Below are positions 1 to 9,020 of a stretch of DNA of 46,334 bases, one piece after another; positions within the stretch are counted from its first letter, which is position 1, and every line of letters begins with the position of its first letter. The notes under the pieces are model-generated. The model did not search any database. It was not told the DNA's origin and saw only the letters and a list, made by a program, of their open reading frames with translations. The DNA is from Deltaproteobacteria bacterium UBA6930 (lineage in GTDB: Bacteria; Myxococcota_A; UBA9160; UBA6930): assembly GCA_002450755.1 (NCBI GenBank), contig DKAI01000073.1, positions 1 to 46,334 on the forward strand. The letters run 5' to 3'. The translations under genes were made by a program, and so were the position numbers.

Positions 1-870
1 CGAGACTTGAAACATTCTGCGAGCTGAAGCATCGTCCTGTTCCCGAAGAACTCGCAACGACTGCCAAACAAACCAAAAATTTAAAAACACTGCCGGAATC
101 GCATAGACCATACCTAAAAATCCAAGAGCAATAGGAGCGAATGTGATCGGTACCAGGCCAACGGTATACCAAAGCATCTGCCATCGTGTCGGTTGGTCAC
201 CAATTTTATTCGGAAGCATCGGTATACCTGCAGCTTGATAATCAGCCTTTCTGAATAGTGCAATCGCCCAAACGTGTGGGGGTTGCCAAAAGAAAATTAT
301 TGCGAAGAGCAACCAACCCGGAGCTCCCACTGTCCCGCTAACGGCTGCATCCGCAATCAGTGGAGCCGCCGCTCCCGCAGCACCGCCCACAACCGCGTTC
401 CACGTGCTACGAGGCTTCAGCCAGATTGTGTAAACGAAAACGTAGAAAAGAATGCTGGCAACACCTAAACCCGCTGCAAGGGGACCACCTACCTGGTAGA
501 GGACTATAACTGCTATTAGGGACAGCGAGAGACCGAAAACGAGAGCTGAAATGGGAGCCAATCGAGCACTGGGTAAGGGCCGACTAGAGGTTCTAACCAT
601 CTTGGCATCTAAATCCCTCTCTATGTAGCAGTTTAGAGTATTCGCCGCGGCCGCAGCAATTGCGATACCTAACAAGACCAGAAAGGCAAAACGCGGTTCG
701 GGCCATCCGCCGGCAGCCATCACCAAGGCGGGCGTCCCAGAAAAAATCACAAGTGGGAGAATTCTCGGCTTCGTAAGCGAGGCGAATGCTCCCACGACCT
801 CCCACCATGACGGAGTCTGATCGGGGGGCTCGACTGAGGATGTTATTGCTTGAGCGGATTTTTCCTGCAT
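1..870 (-). CDS. ctaB: Protoheme IX farnesyltransferase (heme O synthase, UbiA family). The 3' end runs off the left window edge, so it is absent from the supplied ORF track.
   Basis: My own reverse-strand translation from the ATG at 870..868 reads MQEKSAQAITSSVEPPDQTPSWWEVVGAFASLTKPRILPLV...NTLNCYIERDLDAKMVRTSSRPLPSARL...IIFFWQPPHVWAIALFRKADYQAAGIPMLP... It stays open for all 290 codons to base 1. The N-x3-D-x2-D..RT..RPLP motif and the FWQPPH.WA motif are heme O synthase signatures. The protein is strongly hydrophobic. Confidence 0.85.
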   Translation of the reverse strand, partial: MQEKSAQAITSSVEPPDQTPSWWEVVGAFASLTKPRILPLVIFSGTPALVMAAGGWPEPRFAFLVLLGIAIAAAAANTLNCYIERDLDAKMVRTSSRPLPSARLAPISALVFGLSLSLIAVIVLYQVGGPLAAGLGVASILFYVFVYTIWLKPRSTWNAVVGGAAGAAAPLIADAAVSGTVGAPGWLLFAIIFFWQPPHVWAIALFRKADYQAAGIPMLPNKIGDQPTRWQMLWYTVGLVPITFAPIALGFLGMVYAIPAVFLNFWFVWQSLRVLREQDDASARRMFQVS

Positions 871-998
871 ATGCCCTTTAAAGCTTAGTGAACGGTGGAG
901 TGGCTAACACAGTGTTACCCCGCCGTCGACTCATGGAGCTATTCTAATAACCAATTAAGTTTACTAGGTTTGTCTAAGGCTAGCTCCTCTGGAGGCTT

Positions 999-1655
999 AT
1001 GGAAAAAAGTCGTAAAAGCTCTAGAAACCCTTCTTCCTGGCTTCTAGGAGCCCCTTTGGGCCGAATCGGAGGATGGTTTCTCCGATTACTCGGGTCTACT
1101 TGGCGAGTTCAGGGACCCGGACCGAGTGAAGGGGCATTCGTGGGTGCTCTCTGGCACAGTGGATTCATATGTGCTGCATACCTTTGGAGAGATCGAGGAT
1201 ATAAAATCCTTGTGAGTCGAAGCCGCGATGGCGACCTCATTGAATCAATACTCGGTCCACTCGGATACGGAGCCTCTTTAAGGGGATCCAGTAGTCGGGG
1301 AGGCACTCGGGCTTCACTTGGGGCTATTAGAGCTCTCCGCGAAGGAATTGGGGTAGCCGTACTAATTGACGGACCTAAGGGACCCGCCCTCGAAAGTAAG
1401 CCGGGAGCACTCCACCTCTCGCAAATTGCCGGAGTGGAAATTCTACCAGCTGCAATCGCCGCAAAACCGGCGATACGGTTTCGGAGCTGGGATGGGACCA
1501 TCCTCCCTCTTCCTTTTGCTCGGGTCAGATATGCCTATGGCCAGAAGATCAGAATTGACAAAAATGCCACTGAAGAACAAATCCGTCGGGCCACAGAAGA
1601 GTTGGAGAATTCACTTAACGAATTAACTAAGAAACTTTACGGGATGCTCGAATAA
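999..1655 (+). CDS. DUF374-family protein (lysophospholipid-acyltransferase-like, often associated with Kdo/lipid A genes)
   Basis: 218-aa ORF. The ATG is preceded by GGAGG (ctctGGAGGcttATG). I recognise the block LVSRSRDGDLI...LRGSSSRGG...LIDGPKGP as the DUF374 core. Confidence 0.7.
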   Translation: MEKSRKSSRNPSSWLLGAPLGRIGGWFLRLLGSTWRVQGPGPSEGAFVGALWHSGFICAAYLWRDRGYKILVSRSRDGDLIESILGPLGYGASLRGSSSRGGTRASLGAIRALREGIGVAVLIDGPKGPALESKPGALHLSQIAGVEILPAAIAAKPAIRFRSWDGTILPLPFARVRYAYGQKIRIDKNATEEQIRRATEELENSLNELTKKLYGMLE

Positions 1656-1681
1656 GAGATCCTTCCACGATGAAAACGGCC

Positions 1682-4000
1682 CTAGGACTCCTCGACGGTG
1701 GTCCTCGCAAGCCAGGGTCCGATCTCAGCGTGCTGAAGTAGGCCCGACGAGCGCAGTCGCTCAGAACACAGTTGATGCACCTCTTGAACAGTACCCAACC
1801 TCACTGCCTCATCGGCATCCTTTTGGAGTTCTGCATAGCGCAGAGATCGAACTATCTCCTTGACAATCGGTACCGCACTTGGGGTTCCGGAGAGCTCCCC
1901 TATACCAAGACCCACTAGAAGCGGAATCGCAAGAGGGCTAGTAGCCATCTCGCCGCAGACAGAAACTGGTATTCCTCTCTCCCGTCCGGCAGCGGCCGTC
2001 ATCTGAATCAAGCTCAAAACACTTGGATGAAGTGCATCGTAGAGGTGTGCGACCCGCTCGTTTCCCCGATCCACAGCTAACGTATATTGAGTGAGATCAT
2101 TGGTCCCAATGCTGAAGAAGTCTGAATATTCCGCCAACGACGAAGCTATTAAAGCAGCACTGGGCACTTCGACCATAACACCAACTGGAAGGGTCTCATC
2201 GAAAGTTATACCCATCCCGGAAAGCTCTTCTTTCGTTTTTTCTACCAGATCTCGCGCTCTGATTAGCTCCTCGATGCTCGAAATCATTGGTAAAAGCAAT
2301 CTAATGTTGCGACCAACACTAGCCTTAAGAATTGCGCGCAGCTGAGTACGAAAGGCTTCCTCATTAGAAAGCGAAAGGCGGATAGATCGAAGACCGAGTT
2401 GAGGATTTTCTTCCTGCTCAAGCCCGGGGAGCCCCTTATCACCTCCCAGATCTAAAGTTCTGATAGTTACAGGACGGGGAGACATTGAGTTCGCCACCCG
2501 TTCGTAAAGTTGCCGCTGCTCACTCTCTGGAGGGAACCTCCTCTGTACCAATGCAAGGAGCTCCGTCCGAAAAAGCCCTATCCCCTCTGCGCCGTGCTGG
2601 TCACAATGCCGTAAATCTGCAAGCAGGCCTGCATTGGCAGTCAACAATATCCTATGTCCATCGAGGGTTTCTGAGGGTCTCTCTTTCAAAGCATCCAGAT
2701 GATCTACGACTAGTGCATAGCGTTCACGCACGCGCTCGAATTCAATTTGCAAATTTTCGTCAGGAGACAGAAAAACAGAGCCGGTGCTTCCGTCAACTAT
2801 TGAAAGTTCACCAGATCTCATTGCAGAGGTTATTCCGGTTGCCCCGGTGACAGTCGGAATCTCCAGGGCGCGGGCAAAGATCGCCCCGTGACTGTTGGGT
2901 CCTCCTCGTTCAGAAACAAGCGCCGCAATGCGATCTGTTTCGAGTAAAGCAAAATGAGCGGGCAATAAGCTCTCAGTCACCAAGATTGCCCCTTCAGAAA
3001 CCGGGAAATTTTCTCGCCTTACTCCCAGTAGTTTCGACGCAATTCGTCTGGCTACATCTTCAACGTCAACTCCACGTTCTCGAAAATAAACATCCTGCAT
3101 ACGGCTGAACATCCCAGCGTAATGGCTTCGTACCTTACGGATTGCAGTGATTCCGTTTTTTGTTTCGTCGACTGCCTCGCCCAGACGGCTCATAAAGCCC
3201 TTATCTTCTAAAATTTGTATGTGGGTGTTGAAAATCGCCGAAAACTCTGGCCCAAAACGCGATCCGGCCTCGTCACGAACACCGTGTAGCTCTCTCAGTG
3301 CTTCTTCAACTGCCGCAAGGAGATCTTCTCTCTCTCTTGCAGGGTCCGAGCTTGGCACATATTCCAGGCGATCGAGCTCGAGCGGGTCCTCCAGGTAATG
3401 AATTTCACCAATTGCGACACCGGGAGATGTTGCCGAACCTCTCAGTTCAAAATTCTTTTCGCGCTGGCGGTCACCAGACGCGAACTGCTGAGTCAAGCTA
3501 TCTAACTCACGAGTAGTGCCTTCGGGTAGCGATAGCATGTGAGCATTAACTACTGTCGGCGATATAAGTTGCGTGCAGGTATCAAGAAGAGCAATATCAC
3601 CTTCTGTAAATTCTCTCGATTTCAGAGTCTGTACTACCAAAACCCCGGCAACTATCTGGCCTACTCTGAGAGGCGCCGCGAGGAGGGTTTGATACCGATC
3701 TTCTCCTGTTTCCGGGAAAAGTCGAGCCCTTGGATCGTTTATAGCGTCCGAGGCATAGACTGGCGCGGCGTCCCCAGCTGCGAGCCCAACAAGACCTTCC
3801 CCAAAAGCCAAAGAAACCTTGCCCACAGATTCACGGGTCAACCCATTCGTGGCTGCGAGATTGAGCCGTTGTCGATCGAGATCGGAGAGATAAATCGAGC
3901 AAAGGTCTACCTCAAGCCTCCGAGAGACCAGATCCACAACGTTATCCAAAGTCTCGTCGAGGTCGTGCGAGCGAGATACGATCCCAGCCACATCGGCCAA
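1682..4000 (-). CDS. ptsP: Phosphoenolpyruvate-protein phosphotransferase PtsP (EI-Ntr): an N-terminal GAF domain fused to an Enzyme I core
   Basis: 772-aa ORF. The N-terminus is GAF-like (CSIYLSD...FGEGLVGLAA...GVLVVQ) and aligns with E. coli PtsP. The Enzyme I core shows GGPNSHGAIFARALEIPTV (phospho-His loop), FFSIGTNDLTQYTLAVDR and SVCGEMA. The track start is the TTG at 4000. The true start may be an in-frame ATT at 4021, which lies 5 nt after AGGAGG. Confidence 0.9.
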   Translation of the reverse strand: MADVAGIVSRSHDLDETLDNVVDLVSRRLEVDLCSIYLSDLDRQRLNLAATNGLTRESVGKVSLAFGEGLVGLAAGDAAPVYASDAINDPRARLFPETGEDRYQTLLAAPLRVGQIVAGVLVVQTLKSREFTEGDIALLDTCTQLISPTVVNAHMLSLPEGTTRELDSLTQQFASGDRQREKNFELRGSATSPGVAIGEIHYLEDPLELDRLEYVPSSDPAREREDLLAAVEEALRELHGVRDEAGSRFGPEFSAIFNTHIQILEDKGFMSRLGEAVDETKNGITAIRKVRSHYAGMFSRMQDVYFRERGVDVEDVARRIASKLLGVRRENFPVSEGAILVTESLLPAHFALLETDRIAALVSERGGPNSHGAIFARALEIPTVTGATGITSAMRSGELSIVDGSTGSVFLSPDENLQIEFERVRERYALVVDHLDALKERPSETLDGHRILLTANAGLLADLRHCDQHGAEGIGLFRTELLALVQRRFPPESEQRQLYERVANSMSPRPVTIRTLDLGGDKGLPGLEQEENPQLGLRSIRLSLSNEEAFRTQLRAILKASVGRNIRLLLPMISSIEELIRARDLVEKTKEELSGMGITFDETLPVGVMVEVPSAALIASSLAEYSDFFSIGTNDLTQYTLAVDRGNERVAHLYDALHPSVLSLIQMTAAAGRERGIPVSVCGEMATSPLAIPLLVGLGIGELSGTPSAVPIVKEIVRSLRYAELQKDADEAVRLGTVQEVHQLCSERLRSSGLLQHAEIGPWLARTTVEES

Positions 4001-4200
4001 AAGAGTTAATCGATCTTCAATAAGCGCCTCCTGATAAGCAATTGCGACAGGTTACTCTGGCCACTATACAAAAGGACATCCCATGAGGATGCTGTGACTT
4101 CTGATAGGACTACTTATATTCGCTCAACTGCCTCGATTGCGAGGTAAGGGCCGAGGGTCACCAGGAATTTTTCTGAAAATACAACTCTAGACGCGAGGTC

Positions 4201-4229
4201 TAGGGACCAATGAAAACAAGTGATAAAAT
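4201..4229 (+). promoter_or_regulatory. Candidate sigma-70 promoter for hldC, with an extended -10 element
   Basis: TGaTAAAAT (extended -10, 4221..4229) lies about 80 nt upstream of the hldC ATG. A weak -35 (TAGGGA, 4201..4206) sits at 17-nt spacing. This is a sequence pattern only. Confidence 0.3.
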
Positions 4230-4309
4230 GCACCGAGATCCGCTAGGTTCCGCCATCCTTCACTTAGACGTGGGTTAATGCCTACCAAAACTAGGGGAGT
4301 AAGAGAAAA

Positions 4310-4795
4310 ATGCCGAATGCCAGGGATTCTGTCCTTTCACGTCGTGAAGCTGCCAAAAGAATTGTGCTCGCCCAGAAAAAGGGACAGATCGTGGTTTTTA
4401 CTAGTGGCTGTTTCGACCTCCTGCATGTCGGGCATCTTCGCTCGTTAGAACAAGCACAATCAATGGGAGATCGTCTAATCGTGGCCGTGAATCGAGATAA
4501 GGTCGTCAGACAACTCAAGGGAAGAGGACGACCGATCGTCCCAGAGAGACAACGAGCGGAACTTTTAGCGGGCCTTGCAAGCGTGGACTGGGTCACCTTC
4601 TTCGGTGAAGAAACTCCACTGGAGATAATCCGACAGCTCCGTCCCGACGTTTACACTAAGGGAGGCGACTGGAGCTTACGAGAGCTTTATGAGAATGATA
4701 TTCCTAAGGACTTCCCAATTGAAGTGCGTAGGCTAAGGCAAATTCCAAACCTTAGAACTACGAAAATTATCGAAAGGACCCGAAAACGAAATTAA
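4310..4795 (+). CDS. hldC: D-glycero-beta-D-manno-heptose 1-phosphate adenylyltransferase (stand-alone RfaE domain II, cytidylyltransferase fold)
   Basis: 161 aa. The segment VVFTSGCFDLLHVGHLRSLEQAQSMGDRLIVAVNRD...LKGRGRPIVPERQRAELLAGLASVDWV...KGGDW is collinear with the C-terminal domain of E. coli HldE. It includes the (T/H)xGH nucleotidyltransferase motif. Confidence 0.85.
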   Translation: MPNARDSVLSRREAAKRIVLAQKKGQIVVFTSGCFDLLHVGHLRSLEQAQSMGDRLIVAVNRDKVVRQLKGRGRPIVPERQRAELLAGLASVDWVTFFGEETPLEIIRQLRPDVYTKGGDWSLRELYENDIPKDFPIEVRRLRQIPNLRTTKIIERTRKRN

Positions 4796-5013
4796 TTGAA
4801 GTTCCTATTCCACTGAAACTTGACTCTCGTCAGAACGAGTGGTGTCTTCATATCCCCAAAATGATAAACCCTCGGGAATGGTCATGTGCCTGAGCTCTAA
4901 AAAGACAGGATCTCTAGGATCATTTTCTGGATCGCTTAGCGAGCAACCATAAATGAAATTCAGTGTACGATTCAGGACAGTCTCTACCTTTTGTTACATA
5001 AACCTCTAAAACT

Positions 5014-6300
5014 TCAGGCATCCTTCGCAAGTCTAAGACCGCTGAACTGCCAACGAGCATGAGCGGGAAAGAAATTCCTATACGTTGGACGTATATGACG
5101 CTGGGGAGTGACACACGAACCCCCACGTAAAACATACTGATTGCACATGAATTTACCGTTGTATTCTCCGACTGCTCCTTCGGCCGGACGGTAGCCTGGG
5201 TACGGTACATACGGACTAGCTGTCCACTCCCACACATCTCCGAACATCTGTTTTGGGTCATCGGAGCAGTCCGGCACAAGCGAACTGGGGTGCAGATTGC
5301 CACTATCTAGGAAGTTTCCAGTTGATTTTAGATTCGAAGCTGCGTGTTCCCATTCATACTCAGTGGCCAATCTCGAGCCTGCCCATCGAGAAAATGCATC
5401 CGCTTCGTAGAAGCTTAAATGAACAACAGGTTCACTACCAACTATTTCGTGAGTGCCCCAAAGCGTTTTAGTGATGTAATTTGATGAGCGCTTTTGCCAA
5501 TAAAGAGGGGCAGTCCATCCTTCATTCCTAACCATTTCCCAGCCTTCAGACAGCCATAACTCCGGCTTGTTATATCCACCGTCCTCAATGAATTGTTGGA
5601 ACTCCAAGTTTGTAGTTAGGCGCGAGGCCAACAAGAAAGAGCTTAATAGAACTTCATGATTTGGATACTCGTTATCGAAGCAAAAAGATTTACCCTCGTG
5701 ACCGAAGCGAAAAACACCACCCTCGTAGGGAACCCAAAACAAAGAGTCATCGACTTTTTTTTGAGGGGTGTCTCTACTTAAGTAAGAGGCAATACCTGGA
5801 TTAAGTGAGAACATGTGCTTGACGTCCGTCAGTATTAGTTCCTGATGCTGCTGCTCGTGATGGAGACCAAGAGTTATTAAATCTAACGCTCTCCGGGGTA
5901 CCCCCTTATCAATCTGTTCTAAAACGCACTCGTCAATGCTTCTCCTGTAATCGATTACCTCTTGTAAGGAGGGGCGGGATATCAAACCTCTACCTGGCCT
6001 TGGGTACTGCTCGCCAACCCCGTTGTAATATGAATTAAAGAGATAAAGAAAACTATCGCAGTAATCTTGGTAATTAGGTACGTACTGTCTCAAAAAAAAA
6101 GTCTCGAAAAACCAAGTTGTATGTGCGAGATGCCACTTTGTAGGACTTGCATCTGGCATAGACTGCACGAGACAGTCCTCCGGACTAAGGGGTTCGATCA
6201 GGTTGTGTGTGGTCCCCCGAATTTGCTCATATAATTCTCTGAGTCCAGCACCATCGTGCGAATGATCCGCTACATGGTCATTCATTCCAGAAATCTCCAA
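5014..6300 (-). CDS. egtB: EgtB-type sulfoxide synthase (DinB_2 domain plus FGE-sulfatase/C-lectin domain), ergothioneine-pathway family
   Basis: 428 aa. The sequence shows TKWHLAHTTWFFE...LGLHHEQQHQELILTD (the iron-binding HxxxHxE motif of the DinB-like domain) followed by GDVWEWTASPYVPYPGY...VLRGGSCVT...RPTYRNFF (FGE-like domain). There is no C-terminal methyltransferase domain, so this is not OvoA. The likely start is the ATG at 6285 (GGAG 9 nt upstream) rather than the TTG at 6300. Confidence 0.8.
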   Translation of the reverse strand: MEISGMNDHVADHSHDGAGLRELYEQIRGTTHNLIEPLSPEDCLVQSMPDASPTKWHLAHTTWFFETFFLRQYVPNYQDYCDSFLYLFNSYYNGVGEQYPRPGRGLISRPSLQEVIDYRRSIDECVLEQIDKGVPRRALDLITLGLHHEQQHQELILTDVKHMFSLNPGIASYLSRDTPQKKVDDSLFWVPYEGGVFRFGHEGKSFCFDNEYPNHEVLLSSFLLASRLTTNLEFQQFIEDGGYNKPELWLSEGWEMVRNEGWTAPLYWQKRSSNYITKTLWGTHEIVGSEPVVHLSFYEADAFSRWAGSRLATEYEWEHAASNLKSTGNFLDSGNLHPSSLVPDCSDDPKQMFGDVWEWTASPYVPYPGYRPAEGAVGEYNGKFMCNQYVLRGGSCVTPQRHIRPTYRNFFPAHARWQFSGLRLAKDA

Positions 6301-6383
6301 TTCTTAATCTCGTTCGATTTGCTAGCGTAGTTAAAGACTGTCCTAACGCAAGATAGGCAATGGGGAGGTCGTGTTTTTGGGTC

Positions 6384-7616
6384 CTACGAGACGAAATCTT
6401 CTTTAAGCAAGTGGACCAATACTTCTGATCCTCTAGAAAGGTGGCTTTCTTTCTCGGGAAAGTCGAGAAGTCCGTCGGCGGTTGCCATAGATCGGAGAAC
6501 TCCTGAGCTTTGGTTACCAGTACTCCTAACACCTAGCCTGCCATTATGGTTCTCAAATAAAACTCTAACGAAGTGACGCCTCCCGGGTTTCTTTTCCATG
6601 CTTTCAAGTAAAACTGCTTTTGAAGTTGGTAAATATAGATTCTTGAAGCCACACATCTTTCTTAAAGCCGGACGAACCAATTTCAAAAAGGTCACAAGAG
6701 AAGAAACGGGATTTCCAGGCAAGCCAAAAACAATAGGTCCATTAGGAAATGATCCAAAAAGAACCGGGAATCCAGGTTTCATCCTAACCCCCCAAAAGTG
6801 AAAATCGCAGCCCATCTCCTTTAAAACGGGACGAACATTGTCATGGTCACCAACGGAAACTCCAGCTGTACTTATAAGCACATCGGAATTTAGGCCAGAA
6901 CGAATTAGCCTCTGCAAATCTTCCGGACGATCTTCCGCTATGCCAAGATTCCGAGGTTTAATGTCAAAGGATGCGCATTCGGCCGCAATGGCATACGCAT
7001 TCGATGCAATAATTCCGCCTTTTCGCAGGTCTTGATCGGGCTCCACCAACTCGTCACCACCCGAAACTATTGCCACGGAAGGCCTCTGGACCACGGGCAC
7101 CAAGGTACGTCCAACTGATGCTAAGAGACCAAGTTGAGGAGAACGAAGAATGCTTCCATGGCTCAGAATTTGATCGCCATCTTTTACATCTTCGCCTGCG
7201 AACCTTACATGCTCACCGGAGAGAACCGCTCGAGTGAATTCAATCTTTTCTCCAGTCCGCTTTACGTCTTCCTGGGGTACTACCGTGTCCGCACCCGGTG
7301 GAATTTGAGCACCGGTAAAAATTCGGGCAGCCTCACCAGTCTCCAGTCGTCTAAGTGGGCGACCCCCTGCAGCCACTTCAAATACCAATTTCAAGGGAAT
7401 AGGACCCTCATTTGCTACGGTTAGGAGGTCCTTGGAACGAATTGCATATCCATCCATCGCAGAGCAATCCCATGGGGGTATCGTTCTCGTCGATACGATC
7501 GTTTCAGCCAGGACCCTGCCGTAGGCTAGTTGAGTTGAAATGGTCTCAGTTGGCAGGAGCTCGATCCTATCTAAAACCGCTAACTGAGCATCCTGAAGGG
7601 AAAGATTGGTTTGCAT
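6384..7616 (-). CDS. moeA: Molybdopterin molybdenumtransferase MoeA
   Basis: 410 aa. The sequence shows PPWDCSAMDGYAIRS..., TGAQIPPGADTVVPQE, ISTAGVSVGDHD..., GLPGNPVSSLVTF. This is the canonical MoeA domain order. Confidence 0.9.
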   Translation of the reverse strand: MQTNLSLQDAQLAVLDRIELLPTETISTQLAYGRVLAETIVSTRTIPPWDCSAMDGYAIRSKDLLTVANEGPIPLKLVFEVAAGGRPLRRLETGEAARIFTGAQIPPGADTVVPQEDVKRTGEKIEFTRAVLSGEHVRFAGEDVKDGDQILSHGSILRSPQLGLLASVGRTLVPVVQRPSVAIVSGGDELVEPDQDLRKGGIIASNAYAIAAECASFDIKPRNLGIAEDRPEDLQRLIRSGLNSDVLISTAGVSVGDHDNVRPVLKEMGCDFHFWGVRMKPGFPVLFGSFPNGPIVFGLPGNPVSSLVTFLKLVRPALRKMCGFKNLYLPTSKAVLLESMEKKPGRRHFVRVLFENHNGRLGVRSTGNQSSGVLRSMATADGLLDFPEKESHLSRGSEVLVHLLKEDFVS

Positions 7617-7921
7617 AGCTTAGACAATAGTCCTTTTAAAAAAAATCGACGTTTGAGGGTGTCCGCGCTAAGTTGCCTAAAAATTAGGCGATTGCCATAC
7701 GTCGAAGCCAAATTCAGCCCCTAGACGCCCTGGAGGACAAATTGGCTCCCTTAATGGTGTTACAGCGAAACTTGCAAATTAGCGAGTATTGGCCAACAAC
7801 GGAATCTCGGATTCCTTAAGAACTTTGAGCACGGAAATCTCTTCGGTTATTCAGGCGACGATGTATCACGGGCGCATTTAAAGGACCGGCTAAAGCAACC
7901 CAATCCTTCAGTTAGGAACAA

Positions 7922-8998
7922 ATGGTTTATTCTTCCGCCAAAATTCTAGAGGCCATCGTAGGCGGCGCGTTAGTCGTTGACAGACACCAAGAGGTGAAAT
8001 TTCTAAACGCCGAGGCCCAACAAATGCTCGAGATTAGCGCCGAGAAAAGCGAGGGGCTTCATCTAGAGAACGTCCTGGGCGATAGAACTGAAATTGCAAA
8101 TGCCGTGGAACGGGTTCTCAAAGGATCGCAGCCGACCGTAGAAAGCGATCTTATAATGAGGCGGCGATACAGCGATGATATACAGGTTGAACTTTCAGTT
8201 TCTCCAATTGGAGTAACTCTCGAACCGGAAGGTTGCCTGGTAATCTTGCGTGACTTGACCCCACAAAAGACCCTGCTTCGGAAAAATACTGAACGTGAAA
8301 AGCATGAATCATTCGGGAAAATTGCAACCGGGTTGGCACATGAAATCAAGAATCCCCTTAGTGGTATACGAGGTGCTGCCGAACTTCTTAAGGCTCGGAC
8401 AAAAAAAGAAAAATCCCGATCTCTCGCCGAATTAATCGTTGAAGAATCGATGAGGATAGCTCGACTCGTAGACGACTTAATGGTTTTTGGATCTGAAGAA
8501 AAACTATCACCTCAGAAAATTAATATCCATAAAATCGTCGACAAAGTCCTACGGCTTACAGAACTCGATCCCATTGGATCAGACATTGTATTTGTCCGGA
8601 ACTATGACCCGTCGATACCAGAATTCTGGGCTGACCCAGATCGACTTACGCAAATTTTCGTGAATCTTATTCAAAATGCCTGTCAAGTCTTGGGTAAAGA
8701 AAAATCAAAGCAGATAACTTTGATTACTAAAATTGAGATCGATCATAGAATTGCGAATCCTGGAGAAGCTCCACTTCAAATGGTTTCTATCTCCTTTGCG
8801 GACAACGGACCCGGATTTCCGGAAGAAATCCTGCCAAAGGCAACCACTCCTTTTGTAACTAGTCGAATCGATGGAACTGGTTTAGGACTCGCAATATCTG
8901 AATATTGGACGAACTTACATGGAGGAACCTTTTCAATCCGTAACGAATCGCCCAATGGTGCACGAGTGAGCGTAACACTTCCGCTGAGGACGTCATGA
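7922..8998 (+). CDS. ntrB: Cytoplasmic PAS-domain sensor histidine kinase, NtrB-like
   Basis: 358 aa with no transmembrane segment. The H-box GLAHEIKNPLSGIRGAAELL, then RNYDPSIPEFWADPDRLTQIFVNLIQNA and DNGPGFP...GTGLGLAIS are collinear with E. coli NtrB (AHEIKNPLGGLRGAAQLL, RDYDPSLPE). It is followed after 22 nt by an NtrC-type regulator. Confidence 0.8.
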   Translation: MVYSSAKILEAIVGGALVVDRHQEVKFLNAEAQQMLEISAEKSEGLHLENVLGDRTEIANAVERVLKGSQPTVESDLIMRRRYSDDIQVELSVSPIGVTLEPEGCLVILRDLTPQKTLLRKNTEREKHESFGKIATGLAHEIKNPLSGIRGAAELLKARTKKEKSRSLAELIVEESMRIARLVDDLMVFGSEEKLSPQKINIHKIVDKVLRLTELDPIGSDIVFVRNYDPSIPEFWADPDRLTQIFVNLIQNACQVLGKEKSKQITLITKIEIDHRIANPGEAPLQMVSISFADNGPGFPEEILPKATTPFVTSRIDGTGLGLAISEYWTNLHGGTFSIRNESPNGARVSVTLPLRTS

Positions 8999-9020
8999 AA
9001 CGAATCAAAGGTAACACACC

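Noticed and set aside
4187-4203. An inverted repeat CTAGAC-gcgag-GTCTAG in the ptsP/hldC divergent region, overlapping the putative -35 of hldC.
   Set aside because: It has only 6-bp arms and I saw no second copy. It could be an operator, but the sequence alone gives no support.
4798-4810. An exact 13-nt match to the FLP recognition arm of the yeast FRT site (GAAGTTCCTATTC), just after the hldC stop.
   Set aside because: Only one arm is present. There is no 8-bp spacer followed by an inverted GAATAGGAACTTC/GTATAGGAACTTC partner nearby, and no scar-like flanks or recombinase gene. It is most likely a chance match.
5755-6100. Two homopolymer tracts inside egtB (T8 at 5755..5762 and A9 at 6092..6100 on the plus strand), possibly slippage or phase-variation sites.
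   Set aside because: The ORF is intact and in frame through both tracts (encoding QKK and FFL). There is no contingency-locus context. They are more relevant as potential sequencing-error hot spots.
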